Positions 27,174 to 40,563 of a stretch of DNA of 64,000 nt are shown piece by piece. The notes under the pieces are model-generated. The model had not been told where the DNA came from, did no database searches, and saw only the letters and a program-made list of their open reading frames with translations. How positions within the stretch are numbered: the stretch's first letter is position 1; each line of letters begins with the position of its first letter. Source of the stretch: Macrostomum lignano (taxonomy: Eukaryota); the NCBI GenBank assembly GCA_002269645.1, contig NIVC01000129.1:790755-854754 (forward strand), read 5' to 3'. The translations under genes were made by a program, and so were the position numbers.

Positions 27174-28039
27174 TGCAGTCTATGATGGAAATGTATCGAG
27201 ACCATTCCCTGAATAGTTGAGGCGTACTGCTCATACATTTAGTCAACTTTACATACTTCCAGATATTCAAGCGCATGCATATTGATCCATGAACGTGTAC
27301 ATGCACATGTACACCATTTATCCCCCATCCGGATGCCGTGCGCCGATTGGCCACAACTTGGAATAAGTCACATGATACGTGCAGTGTCACCCCACCAACA
27401 CACCGCCACTGTACGCTGATCGTTAAATACTGAGACCCGTCTCTTGCACCCTACTAGTTTTATTGACCCGCACACCAACCCCCCCCCCACTGTGAGCTAG
27501 CTGATTGGCTCCAGGCCGCCAAACTGTAAGCGAAGCGAGCCTTACACCCCACCAGTTTTATTGATCCGCACCAACCCCCCTCCCCCACTGTGCGCTGATT
27601 GGCCCCAGACTGTAAGCGAAGCAAAGAACTTTTGAACCGCTTGAGTTTTTTGACCTGCTCTAAATGCATCCAGGGGCGCGTCCAGAGGTTTCAGGATGGG
27701 GGGCCCAGTTAAGAGCCCAGTAAAAACTGAAGGGGCTATGCCAACATCTTGAAATGAGTTTTTTTAATTATTGTAAAAGCTGATTTTTACCGAGAAGTAA
27801 AAATGACATCCGAAAAAGATCTCGCAAAGAATGAATGCAATAGCTAAGTTGATTTAACTAACATTTTAAATGTTTTTTGCCCAAGAACACTTTTTAGGAT
27901 TTGCTTTTGGAAAATTTTTTAATAGAAAGCTAAACACAAATACATTAACTTTATAATTTACTTTTCCTGGCAGATTCTCATCAAAAGCTCTGTTGGTTCA
28001 TTTAATTGTTGGCTAATCTCTGCAGAGTATATATTTTTA

Positions 28040-29215
28040 CTGTGAGAGGAGAGGAGAAGTGAGAGGAGAGGGCAGAGAAGAAGGGGAGAGAGTAGGGAGA
28101 AATGGGAGGAGAGAGTAAAGGTGAGAAGAGGGAGATAGAAGAGAGTAGAGATGAGAGAGGAAAGAATAGATAGGAGGAAGTGGAGAGCAGATAGAAGACA
28201 GTAGAGATGAGAGGGAGAGAGTAGATAGGAGAGAGTAGAGAGATGAGAGTGGAGAAAGGAGAGATTATAGGGTGGAGATAAGCAAGCAGAGAGAACAGAG
28301 GAGAGATGTTAAAAGGATAGTACAGATTAGAGATGAGGGAGAGAGGAGATAGATAGGAGAGAATATCGAGACAAGAGAGGACAGAGAGAAGAGGAGGGAA
28401 GTTTTGAGAGAGGGGAGAGTGAGGAGTGAGAAGAGGGAGAGAGGAGAGAGTAGAGAGCAGAGAGTAATGAGAAGAGATAAGAGAGCAAGCAGAGATAAAA
28501 TAAGAAAAATGAGAGACGAGAGAGTAAAGTTAAGAGAAAAGAGATAAGGTGGTAGAGATGACAGGAGAAATGAGAAATGAGAGATGAGAGATGAAAGAGA
28601 AGAGAGAGGGGAGTGGAGAGATAAGAGAAGAGAGGAGAAAGGAAAGAGAGGGGTCAAAGACGGGAAATAATAGAGTACAGGGAAAGACATGAGAACATAG
28701 AGATTAAAGTTGACAGAAGAAAGAGGAGAGAAGAGAGAACAGAGACGAGAGTAAACAGACAAGAGATGGGAGAGTAGAGAGAACAGAGGAGAGATAAGAG
28801 ATTATGGAGACGAGAGGAGAGAGTAGAGAGAAGAAAAATGTGTGAGAGCAGAGAAGAGAGACAAAGGGAGAAAGAAGTAGAGTAAGGAGAGAAGAAGGGA
28901 GAGAATCGACAACAGGGGATAGAGGGGAGAGGAAAGAGGAGAATGGAGAGGGGAGAAAGTAGAGAGAAGAGAGATGGCGAGTGGAGAGCAGAGAGATAAG
29001 TAAGAGGAGAGAGGAGAGAGGAAATAAGAGAGAAGATATGAGATGAGAGAGATGAGAGAGAAGAGAAGAGAAGAGAGAGAAGAGAGGAGAGAAAAGAGAG
29101 GAAAGGGAAGAGACGAGAGTAGAGGGGAGAGAGGAGAGAGGAAAGAGGAAAGAAGAGATGACAGGAGAGACGAAAGATGAGAGAGAAGAGAGGAAACAGA
29201 AGCGAAGATAGAAGT
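28040..29215. repeat. GA-rich low-complexity tract
   Basis: Direct reading. Confidence 0.9.
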
Positions 29216-29287
29216 TTCAAAGGATCCGAGGGATGTACATGTAGAGAGAGGCAGAGGTCAGAGTTTTCCTGAATTTTCAAATACATG

Positions 29288-29520
29288 TTTTAGATCGACA
29301 TTTGCCTGATATTCTGCACAGCACCCCAGCCAACGAGATCAATGCTTGCCTCAAATCTTAATCTTACAGGAATTTACTCCATTTTATGTTCATCTCCATC
29401 CTAACTATTAACAAGTTTTTGAGTATGACTTCAGATTTTAGAATACGTGCGAAAATAATTCCGGGTATTGGAATTCCACGGGTTCAAGATCCGCAGGTTT
29501 CAACAGCTTACAAGTGCTAG
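29288..29520 (+). mobile_element. Relic of a second Helitron family (helicase fragment and probable CTAG end)
   Basis: RHLPDILHSTPANEINACLKS*SY resembles the Helitron motif RQTLPVIPRSTPADEINACLKSSY; CTAG|T at 29517-29521; no clear hairpin. Confidence 0.5.
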
Positions 29521-30345
29521 TATAAAAACTTCTATATACTAATTTTGCGCTGTATTCGTGCGTGCGTGCGTGCGTGTAATTGATTTTTTCGAGAATGGCT
29601 CAAGCGATTCTCTTCAAACTTGCACCATTCGATCAGAAATTTTCCTGGGATGGTGCATGCATCTTGGCTAAGAAATTGATCAATATTAAAGGGATTAAAT
29701 ATTCGAAAAACATCATTTTCTGCAAAGGTCAAGCAGCTCTTTCGACCTGAAATGCATTGTAAGACAGCTAGAGAAAAACTAGAGAAAAACCTGACTGACT
29801 GAATTTCAATTCTGATAAAGATTGCATCACAACAAGATGAAAACAGTGCCAAAGAAATGCACACACGACTTGATTTAAATTGCGTAACCATATTGCTAAC
29901 TTAAATTGAGACTGATACTGGCTGACTGAGAAATTGATTATGTCATAACTTCTTACTCTCTTACTTCTTAACCTCTTACATTGTTACTGTACATTTTACT
30001 GCATGTGCACACAGGCTGCCAGTGCCCACCCTCGCTGCTATATTATTCATTCAGCTTGGCTGATGCAGAAAGTTGGGTCTCACTCTCACATGTCGTTGCA
30101 GTGAGAGATGAAGTGAAATATATAGTGTTGGTTTTTTGCACTGGAATTATTCTTTTGTCTCACTCTCACATGTCGTTGCAGTGAGAGATGAAGTGAAATA
30201 TATAGTGTTGGTTTTGTGCACTGGAATTATTCTTTTTTGGTGCCCATGGGTACTCACACGACTGACGTACTGCAAATTGCAAATTTGCGATGTGAATTGG
30301 CCCTATGCTCAAGATATCATTTTGCTATCCATAAATTTTTTGGCG

Positions 30346-33300
30346 ATGACTCGACGTGGTGCAAGCGGTGTAAAGAAAGCAGGTGAGGCTAAGCGAAGGC
30401 GGCTTGCCGAAACGGAAGCTGATAGGGATGCTCGTCTGCAAGCAGGTCGTGAGCGAGACGCTGCCCGAAGAGCTGCCCAAAGAGCTGCCGAAACGGAAGC
30501 TGATAGGGATGCTCGTCTGCAAGCAGGTCGTGAGCGAGACGCTGCCCGAAGAGCTGCCCAAAGAGCTGCCGAAACGGAAGCTGATAGGGATGCTCGTCTG
30601 CAAGCAGTTCGTGAGCGAGACGCTGCTCGAAGAGCTGCCCAAAGAGCTGCCGAAACGGAAGCTGATAGGGATGCTCGTCTGCAAGCAGTTCGTGAGCGAG
30701 ACGCTGCCCGAAGAGCTGCCCAAAGAGCTGCCGAAACGGAAGCTGATAGGAATGCTCGTCTGCAAGCAGTTCGTGAGCGAGACGCTGCCCGAAGAGCTGC
30801 CCAAAGAGCTGCCGAGACGGAAGCTGATAGGAATGCTCGTCTGCAAACAGGACGCGAGCGACAGAAAGAACGAAGAGCTTCTGAAGTGGACCATGAGCGT
30901 GAGGCTCGCTTGGAGGCTGATCAGTTAAGGAGGCGTCGTTGTACTCTTTATCATGACGTGTAAGTTGAATTAGTTTGTCTTATTGAGTTTTAAAAAATGA
31001 GGTTAGATTAATGACGGAGTTAATTAGATGTAGAATGTAGAGAGCCTTTGTTCGCCCCCTGTGCGCTGATTATCATTTTTTGTCATCCTAGCAGCTTATT
31101 TGTTGTTGTTGTTTGTTGATTGTGGATAGCACTCCATCCTTCAGTGCCGTGTCTGTGCCCAGGCATGTGCCCCTCAGTGCTTCACAAGTGACACGTGTGG
31201 CAGGCGACGGCAACTGCTGGTATCACGCGGTTGCTGACCAGCTGAGAGGAACTCCAATTTACGTGGACCATCAGCAGCTACGAAGAACTATGGCTGACCG
31301 TGTACGTCCCCTATTGGAAGCTCGAGCTAATCTGCTTCATGCTCAGGGTCTGACAGTGGCGCATGTGATCCAGGATACGGAGCGTAACAGTGTCGAAGTT
31401 CATGACTGTGTTGCCTCTCTTCTGCACGAATTGCTGGATGTCAATTTTGCCATTTACCAACTTGATGACAATGATCACAGCCGGCTGCAATTAGTGGAAG
31501 ATGGGTTCGCAGCCACCCAGCCTCCAGTGGCCACAGTGCGACTTCTGTTTAACCGGCACCTGCGACACTACGACTCGTTGCGTATAGTTGATACCTCTGA
31601 AGCGAGGCAGCCAACTGTCTGCTGTAAGCTGCCTGATTTTAGGTAAGTCATCTTCTATGACCGTTTTCGTTGTGCTGATGCGCTCAATGTATTTTTCGCT
31701 TCCACTGAATTGTATTTTGCTGCATTAATAGTATTGCCGCACTGTACGGCCTGTATTACGACTCATATTACGGCTGCTAGGATGACAAAGAATGATAATC
31801 GATCATTTCATTGCATTGAAATTTGGTAGGCCCATTTCCTTTCCTGTCGCCAGCTCAAGCGGTGTCTCCAGCTTAAAGCGCCCTCCAGCGCCCTCAAGTC
31901 GAGATCGCGCTGGGACAGACAGTCCTGGGAGATGCCAAGTTGGTGCAGCAGCCGGTGGACAACCTGTTCGACCTGTGTAGGTTGCTGGTTTTTATTTTTC
32001 TTTCTAATTTCAGTCACATATTTACCTATAACATTAGCTAGAACTAGAATGGTAGTATGATAGTAGTATGGTAGTAGAATGGTGGTACCTGTAACATTGT
32101 CTCTCTCATGTGTACTCCATGCTCCCATGTCTTTTCTCCTTCATCTATCCTTCAAATTAGGACGAAGTAAATTGGAACTTTAACAAGAAATGCACAGAGG
32201 TTCTATTTGCGTTAAGAAACCTGTTTTGTGGATACTTTTTTACTTCTGCTTGATTGCTTTTCTGATTGAGAATTTCGAACTTCGACCGATGCAAAAATAA
32301 ACTACGTCTCGGCCTCAGTTAGTCCCCTTTTTATTTCTTATTTCCTCTTTCTCAGTTTGAAATTTGCATTTGCATTCGCCGTTTGCATTTTGGAAAAAAA
32401 TGTGGTTTTATTACATTTTTGTTATAACAGACCATCGGCAGCAGCTCATCGAGCCTATCGCATGGAGACGTCCTGTCCGCGTTGCGGTGCTCTGAAGTGG
32501 AAGCTGGAGACACCCGGTCTTTGCTGCTGCAATGGGAAAGTTCGAATTGAGCCGCTCAGTGTTCCCGAAGAGCTCAGGCAGCTGTACCAAGGCGTGCATG
32601 CAAAAAGCAGCGTCTTCCTGCAGAACATCCGGAAGTACAACGCAGCGCTGCACATGACGTCTTTCGGAGTGAAGGAACGGCAAATGCCAGGCGGCTGCGC
32701 CAGCGTCATAATCAACGGCAAGCTGCACCATGGAATCGGCAGTCTGCTGCCTCAGAAGGATGCTCCGGCCAAGTTCATGCAGATTTTCTTCTGCGACTCG
32801 GAGCTGGACACGCGAATGTCTATGGTACAAGGACTGGACCGAGATCTGCTGCAGCTACTACAAGGCGTTCTGCATCGCGAGAACTCGTATGTGCGCACCT
32901 TCAAGGCCGTTATTGATGCGGTCAAGGAGAAGCCTGAGTTGCGGCAAGCGTCTATTGTGTTTCACGCTGACAAAAAGACTAAGGAAGGGCATTTAAAGTG
33001 AGTATGTTATTAATGAATAAAGTGTTTCCATTTGTACTGTACATTGCTACTTATAGTAGGACGTGCCGAATGAGTGATTAATATTGGTTATTTAGCTATA
33101 TCCTTTTTATCACTTATCAAAATACAGGCAGTTTAATAAGCCGGCGTACAACGAAGTGGCTGTTTTGCTTCCGACTGACAATGTGAACAGTGACGAGTGC
33201 GTAAAGAGGCGCGACATCATCGTTAGCCTGCAAGATGGAGGCCCAGTGAAGCGAGTAGACGAGACCCACCGCAGCTACGATGCCCTGGAGTATGTGCTTT

Positions 33301-36300
33301 TCCATGCTCGGGGCGAAGACGGCTGGTTTCTTGGCAGGACAAATCCGAATGGCTCTAGGCTGACACCCCGTGCTATGTATGCTTATATGCTGATGGTCCG
33401 GCCCGGGGTGTTCAGCCCCATGCACTATGGTCGGCGGCTGTTTCAACAGTACATTGTCGACCAAGCTGCCAAAATCGAGAGTGAGCGGCTGAACTACATC
33501 TCCAGTCACCAAGAAGATTTGCGCTCGGAGACCTACAGTGGTTTGAGAGACGCCCTGATTGTTGAGCAAGTGGATTCAAGCAGAGTCGGGCAGCGGGTGA
33601 CGGTGCTGCCCTCCACGTTTGTGGGCGGAGCCAGGTACATGCGGGAGCGACAGCAGGACGCTCTTTGCTATGTGCAGAAATTTGGCCGGCCGGAACTGTT
33701 TATCACCATGACAGCCAATCCTCAATGGGAGGAGATCGTGCAGGCGCTGCTACCCAACCAGAGTCCTTCTGACAGACCCGACCTGGTCATGCGTGTTTTC
33801 GACCTAAAGAAGAAGGCGCTGATGAAGAGAATCAAGACGTTGTTTGGCGTGGAGATTGCCCATGTTCTCTCGCTGGAATACCAGAAAAGGGGTGAGGAAA
33901 CTATTACTCTTGGTTTATGGCGCTTTCATTTTTAAGCATTAAAGTCACTTATTTTAACAAAGATCATAAAAGAGATCGAATTTTTATCTCCTATGTATGT
34001 TTGTACGCTCTATTTTACTTTTCCGCAGGCCTTCCTCACGTTCATGTTCTGCTATGGCTGGCTCCGCAGCACAAGGTGACGCCTGATCGCTATGACGCAG
34101 TAGTTTGCGCTGAAATTCCAAGTATTCAAGAAGATCCTGAGCTGCACTGGCTGGTTGTGGACAACATGCTCCACGGACCGTGCGGTCAGCTGAACCCGAA
34201 GTGCGTGTGCATGGAGAACAATGTGTGCACCAAGGGATTTCCAAAGGAGTTCCAGACTGCCACGATTGTTAACGATGACGGCTACCCGTTCTACAGACGG
34301 AGGTCCCCTGAGGCTGAAGGATTTACTGGCAGGAAAATGTTTCGAGGCAAGGAGATTGTGATGGATAACCGGTGAGTGGAGAATGTAATAATTGTATTTA
34401 AATGTGTTGTGTATGCGTTAAGTGTTGTAAGTTTAGGTTTTTTAGGTTTTATCAATGTTGTTCATATTTTTTAAAATTTACTATAAGTCTTAAAGACGAG
34501 AAAAACAGTATTTCAATACATTACTGATTGCATGGATTAATATTTAAGAATGGTATTTTAACACCCTTTGGTAGGTTTGTGGTGCCGTACAACCCTGTGT
34601 TGTTGCGCGAATTTCGTTCGCATATCAACGTGGAAATTTGCTGCTCTGTCAAAGCTATCAAGTACGTTCTGAAGTACGTCAATAAGGGCCCTGACATGTC
34701 TGTTTGTGGTGTTCGATCTTGTGACGAAATTGAAGCTTATCTGGTGGCACGGTACATTGGACCATGCGAAGGAGTGCAAATGATTCTCGGCATGGACATC
34801 CACAGCCGGTTCCCGCCTGTTGTGCCACTGTGTGTGCATCTCAGGAATGAGAACAAGGTGTTCTTTACTGAAGACACTGCTATGGAGAAAGTGGCTCGAC
34901 CGCCAAAAAGCAAGCTCACCGCGTTCTTTGATCTGTGCAGCCAGGATGAGTACGCGCAGAGAGTGCTGTACACGGAAGTTCCGCAGTTTTACACCTGGAA
35001 TCAATCTGGGAAGCAATGGAAACGACGTCTAAATGGTGCCCGTCTGAAAGACCAAGATGCTGTGAAGCAATATCCAAGCATTGGTCGAATGTACACAGTG
35101 AGCCCAAGAGCCGGTGACGTGTTTTACCTGCGGCTCGCTCTGCTTCATGTGAGGGGCCCTGTGAGTTTCGAAGATTTGCGAACCGTCAGCGGAGTTCTGC
35201 ATTCTTCCTACCGAGATGCGTGCAAAGCACTGGGATTGTTAGAAGATGACCAGCATTGGCGCCTGTGCATGGAAGAAGCTGTGGAGACACAAATGCCTGC
35301 GGCGCTCAGGTGCCTGTTTTCCGTCATTCTCGTGCACGGTGATGCAGTTGACACTCTGGACCTGTGGAGAAGATTTCGAACGGCAATGGGTGAAGATTTT
35401 GCGTACCGCTACAAGCTGGATGACCAAGATGAAGTGGATGACGGAGTTCTGGCTGATCTGGCGCAACGCGTTGCTGCCATGGGAGCGAGTGGCCTGGCTG
35501 ATTATGGTTTGCCTGAACCTCGTCGAGTTGCAGCTGAAGAGACAGCGTTTGACAACCCCGAACAGCTCGGTGACTTTGTTTCTGAAAGAGAGTCCAATTT
35601 GACGGCTGAGCAGCGTACCGTTTATGAGTGCATTTTGCACAGCTTGCAGTGTGGCAATGGTGGAATGCACTTCATCGATGCTGCTGGCGGAACTGGAAAG
35701 AGCTACCTGCTGGAGCTGCTGCTGGCTTACGTGCGGTCCCGCGGTGAGCTGGCCATGGCGGTGGCGAGCACAGGCATCGCGGCGACCCTGCTGCCCGGAG
35801 GCCAAACTGCGCATTCGGCGTTCAAGATTCCGGTTTGCTTGGTGAGACCGGAAATGAGCTTCTGCGCCATCGGCAAGCAAACTGCTCTGGCTGAAAAGTT
35901 GCGCCGCACAAGGTTGATTGTGTGGGATGAGGCTGCCATGACGCATAGAAGGGATCTGGAGACGGTGGAAAGAAGCCTGAGAGACCTGGTTGCTGACAGG
36001 CCTTTCGGTGGTCTGGTTGTTGTGCTGGCTGGTGACTTTAGACAGCTGTTGGCTGTTGTCAAGGGCGGCACTGCAGCGAATACTGTGGAGACCTGCATCA
36101 ACCAGAGTCCGCTGTGGCGTGGATTTAGACAGCATCGGCTGACTCGGAATTTGCGACTCCTGACCGATGGCGAAAATTCTGCATCTGCTCGATACGCAGA
36201 ATTTTTGCTGCAGGTAAGCTTTTTCGGCATCCACCCTATTGTCATCGATTTTTGTAATAGTGAAATTTGCAGACCAGTAGTTTAATTTAGGTCGGTGAGG

Positions 36301-37055
36301 GTCGCCTGCCTGAAGATGACGAAGGCAACGTGCAGCTGCCAGCGGAGATCTGCATGCCAGATGGAGCGCAGACCAGCGATCTGATTGGCGAGGTTTTCCC
36401 GAGCTTCGAGCAGACGGCTGAGCGGGAGCGCATGTTCGAGTCAAGGGCTATTCTGGCTCCGCACAACAAGACGGTGGACGAGATCAACGAGGCCTGCATG
36501 GCTCTGTTTCCTGGAGACGCTGTCGAGTACCGGTCCTTTGACTCGGTGCCGAATGACGAAGAGGCGGTGACCGTGTTCCCCAGCGAGGTGCTTAACGGCC
36601 TGAACCCACCTGGACTGCCGCAGCACCTACTCAGGCTGAAGGTCGGAGTGCCTGTGATGCTGCTGAGGAACGTGCATCCACCCAGGCTCTGCAACGGCAC
36701 CAGGCTGATCGTAGCGAAGATGCAGCCCAACGTCCTGGTGTGCCAGATCGCCTCTGGTGCCTTCAAGGGCGAGGTTGTGATGCTGCCGCGAATCGGCCTG
36801 GAGCCCAGCGCTGCGGATCTCCCGGTACAGTTCAGGCGGTTGCAGTTTCCGGTGCGTTTGTGCTTCGCCATCACTATTCACAAGAGCCAAGGTCAATCTC
36901 TTGATGCTTTTGGTATGCATTTAGGTATGTCTTGCTTTCAGCACGGCCAGCTGTATGTGGCGCTAAGCCGTGCAAAAAACTATGGAAAAGTGAAAGTGAT
37001 TGCCAATGGAAGGCGAACAAGAAATGTCGTGTTGAAAGCTGTGCTGACAATGTAG
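30346..37055 (+). CDS. Helitron RepHel protein (27-aa repeats, OTU protease, Zn motif, HUH Rep, Pif1 helicase), 8 exons, about 1770 aa
   Basis: Exons 30346-30959, 31145-31642, 31854-31976, 32431-32997, 33128-33891, 34029-34371, 34575-36213, 36291-37055; phases close (5313 nt, no internal stop). Motifs: GDGNCWYHAV..HYDS, CPRCGALKW..CCCNGKV, FITMTANPQW, EYQKRGLPHVH, KYVLKY, DAAGGTGKS, WDEAAM, GDFRQL, AITIHKSQGQS, GQLYVALSR. Exon 3 is the least certain. Confidence 0.9.
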
Positions 37056-37257
37056 TTAACTTTTTCGTCATTCGTCACTCTGCCTTTGTTTTTTCATTGT
37101 TCGACTGAGTGGTTTGAAGGAATTAAAATATAAAATAAAAATATATGTTTGCATCATTGAAATCAAAATATATATGGTGACGTCTTCGTTTGTTTCTTTG
37201 GTGGTACTTCCATCGCTTTTTCTTGCGATCATTTATGAAGGAGAAATTTTGTAATTC

Positions 37258-37362
<105 letters not shown>

Positions 37363-37691
37363 ACATCGTGCTTTTTTGTGTTTAGCATTTTGTGTTTTTA
37401 GGTGTTTTAATAAAAAAATCTTTTTGCACTACTACTCGTAAGATTCGAACCCAGGTCGAACAACGAGGCCTGCATGGCTCTGTTTCCTGGAGCGTCTCCA
37501 GGAAACAGCAAATCATTGGCAAAAGATAGCATAGATGCGAACAGACTGGACTGCTAATGCCGCATCTGCAAAAGAAATTCAAATGCCGCATCTGCATTAG
37601 CAGTCCAGTTTGTTCGCATCTATGCTATCTTTTGTCAATTGGAGAACATGAATTGTGGCCCTTATAATTCAATTCTTATAGCAATTCGGTT

Positions 37692-37895
37692 AGAGTAAGA
37701 AGTTATGACATAATCAATTTCTCAGTCAGCCAGTATCAGTCTCAATTTAAGTTAGCAATATGGTTACGAAATTTAAATCAAGTCGTGTGTGCATTTCTTC
37801 GACACTGTTTTCAACCTATTATGATGGAATCTTTATCACAATTGAAATTCAGTCAGCACGCACGCACGAATACAGTGCAAAATTAGTATATAGAA
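37692..37895 (-). repeat. Inverted, internally deleted copy of the Helitron 5' end
   Basis: 37857-37895 is the rc of 29530-29568; 37692-37856 is the rc of 29795-29959. Confidence 0.9.
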
Positions 37896-38520
37896 AGAAA
37901 AGATATTACGGGTTCCTTTCTAGAATATTCTAGAACGAAAGGAAAATCCAAGGTGCGTACATAATATATAATACATACGTACGTTTAATACACAGCTGTA
38001 TATGGCAGTTAAAAGTGAAATGTACGTGCTCTGAGAGTCAACTTTATTGGCACTAAGTCTTAGAGCGCCTTGCAGCTGGCCAGGCGGGGGTCAATTGGCT
38101 GGGGGTGGCAGTGAGATGAATCAGCGTCTGGTGTTAGCTGTATAGCTGTATTATTACTTGCTGTGTGGCCCATAAGGATTTGGGTATGGGTAAGTATGGG
38201 GGTTTTCTGATTTGCTGGAAGCTCAAATCTTATTTTATTCTGTTAACCATTTGTTTGCCGAGCTAACTGCCCAGAAATTCAAATCAAGTGTACCAAATAA
38301 TTTACTTAAATTGGCACTCACGGCAGTCTTTCATCTGTTATTCATCTCGTTCTCGAGTTTGCAATATTCATCAGCGATCATTTTCTCGTAAGTTAAACTT
38401 ATTTTTTGTTGCTTAAAGGGCAAAATTTTGAATCGGTGCATACATGTAGTCTTTTTCAGCATCGAATTTATTAAGTATATTAATTGATTTTACTGTCAAT
38501 TTTCCAATCAATTTCAAGAA

Positions 38521-39717
38521 ATGGCCACCGGTACCGATTACGCGAGCGAGTCCCAGCGTCCGAAGCTGTCCATCGAAGGCTTGCGGCTGGGCCCTATGCA
38601 AGGTTCTGTTACTGGCCGAGTGATTGGAGAGCCCTGCAATGTTTCGGACTTTAAAAGCAAAGGAGGCAAAGCGCAGGTGTTCTCCTTTGTTCTGGGAGAC
38701 GAGACTGCCGAAATTCGGGTCAGTGTGTTCGGCAAAGAGCTACGGCCACTGCATGACATCTGCAAGAGCGCCCAGGTTGTTCGCATTGCTGGCGGGTTTG
38801 TGAAGTCCTCACATCCAACCTACAACAGAACTGACAACAAGTTGGAGGTGTCCCTGTCTATGGATTCCAAAGGCAGTATCGTTTTAAGCAATGAGTTAGT
38901 GAGCTCTCGTCAAGTTGAGTTCACAGACATTTTCGAATTAGGCAATTTGGCTTCGAAGAAGTAAGCAAATATTATATGCTAATTTTTTGTATTCAATGGG
39001 CAATAAAAATATTGCTGAATTTATAAATTTATTTTCCAAATTCGAATTTTACAGGCTTGTAAATGTGTCGGGGGTGATAACCGCTGTCACACCGAGAAAA
39101 GAAGTCCAGAAGAAGGACCAGAGCATGGTTGCCTTAAGTAAGGTGACCCTGGTGGACAGTTCGAAGTCGTCCGTGGAATGCGCATTCTGGGGCGACAAAG
39201 CTGACCAGGTTCAATGGTGGTCCATCGGCGACATTCTGGAGATCAGAAGAGCTGCGATGCATGAATATGCCGGGATGGTGACGCTAACCTGCACGGAAGC
39301 TAGAAAATGCGACTCTGATGATTACAAATCGTTGAGCAAGTGGTTTGATGAAGCCCAAAAAGAGGAACTAGGGTTCTCTCCCGTTATGGCGTCGCAGTCC
39401 ATGATGGAACAGCAGTCGCAAACACATCAGCCTGACAGTACAAGGGTTTTGGTCTATGAGCATCCACCAGAAGCTCTGCAGCACTACGGGAGTGTTGAGC
39501 AGATCCAGCTACGATTTGGAGAAATATCGGTAAGCATTATTTAATTGCTATTTATATAATAAAAAAGTAATTCATTTAACAAGTCAATTTGTATATATTT
39601 ACCGAACTCCTTTTGTTACAGTTAACATTCAATCGAAATGAACAGCAGCCAGTGACCAGCACTCCAGAGCCATCAACTAGGCGTAAGCAGAATCAAGATT
39701 CAACTTATTTAGTGTGA
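38521..39717 (+). CDS. RPA70-like ssDNA-binding protein with two OB folds, Helitron-borne, 3 exons, 336 aa
   Basis: Exons 38521-38960, 39055-39529, 39622-39717 (1011 nt). QVFSFVLGDETAEIRVSVFG (DBD-A-like) and VNVSGVI..VTLVDSSKSSVECAFWGDKA (DBD-B-like). No Zn-binding DBD-C. The last exon is less certain. Confidence 0.8.
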
Positions 39718-39965
39718 GTGAATTCCTAGAAAGCCCGTGAAACTCTTGCGATGTTTGTGATATTGTGAGTCACATAGAGGCTTTTTTGCTCAACTGAGTG
39801 GTTTGAAGGAATTAAAATATAAAATATAAGTATATAATATGTTTGCATCATTGAAATCAAAATATAAATATAGATACTGACAGTCTTCGTTTGGTTCTTT
39901 GGTGTTTTTTATCTTTCGATTATTTTTTAATATGAAATTTTGGAATCTAATCTATGGGTCTTAAC

Positions 39966-40563
39966 CATAGATCTTATATTCCCTAGATATGCCACTCTCG
40001 GTGCATTCAATAGGAAAAGACCGACCACGCGAATTGCAAGAAAAATTTATTTAAGCCGACAGCGTTTGAGAAAGTCTGAGGTCAGTAGCTTAAAGGGACA
40101 TAGACATATTTCTTTCGTGGTTACAAGAATATTCGCAACAGACACAAAGTCACTGGTCGTCGCGACCTTGCGCTTTGCTATCAAACAAATGGGCGAAAGA
40201 GCGCTGAATTCGGGGCTGCAGCATACATAAATTGCCACCACCAACAAGTAATTGAGTCAAAATGTCGCTGCACAACTTCCCTAGAAGTGGCTCTGCTGCT
40301 CAGAAGTGGATTAAAGCGTTAAGCAACCCTGAAGTCGATCTCCTTTCAGTCATAGGATTCAGGCATAGCCTTTTTCCGAAACAAGGGCTACACGGACTGC
40401 AAGCAAGTATGGCTTGCGCCTGCCATCTAATTATTAAAAAACCATTAATACGCGCACAAGCTACTGACCTGATATCGTGGTCGCAAAATCTTCAAGAAAG
40501 ACGAAGGCTCTATGGGTGTGCTTATGGTCGTGAGTGGCTTATCTAGGGAATATAAGATCTATG
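39966..40563. mobile_element. P-element-like MITE with THAP remnant
   Basis: Perfect 24-bp TIR CATAGATCTTATATTCCCTAGATA (39966-39989 / 40540-40563); 8-bp TSD GTCTTAAC (39958-39965, 40564-40571); internal SLHNFPRSGSAAQKWIKAL. Confidence 0.85.

Noticed and set aside
35239-36874. 401-aa and other minus-strand ORFs over the helicase
   Set aside because: Antisense shadows of GC-rich coding sequence; no motifs
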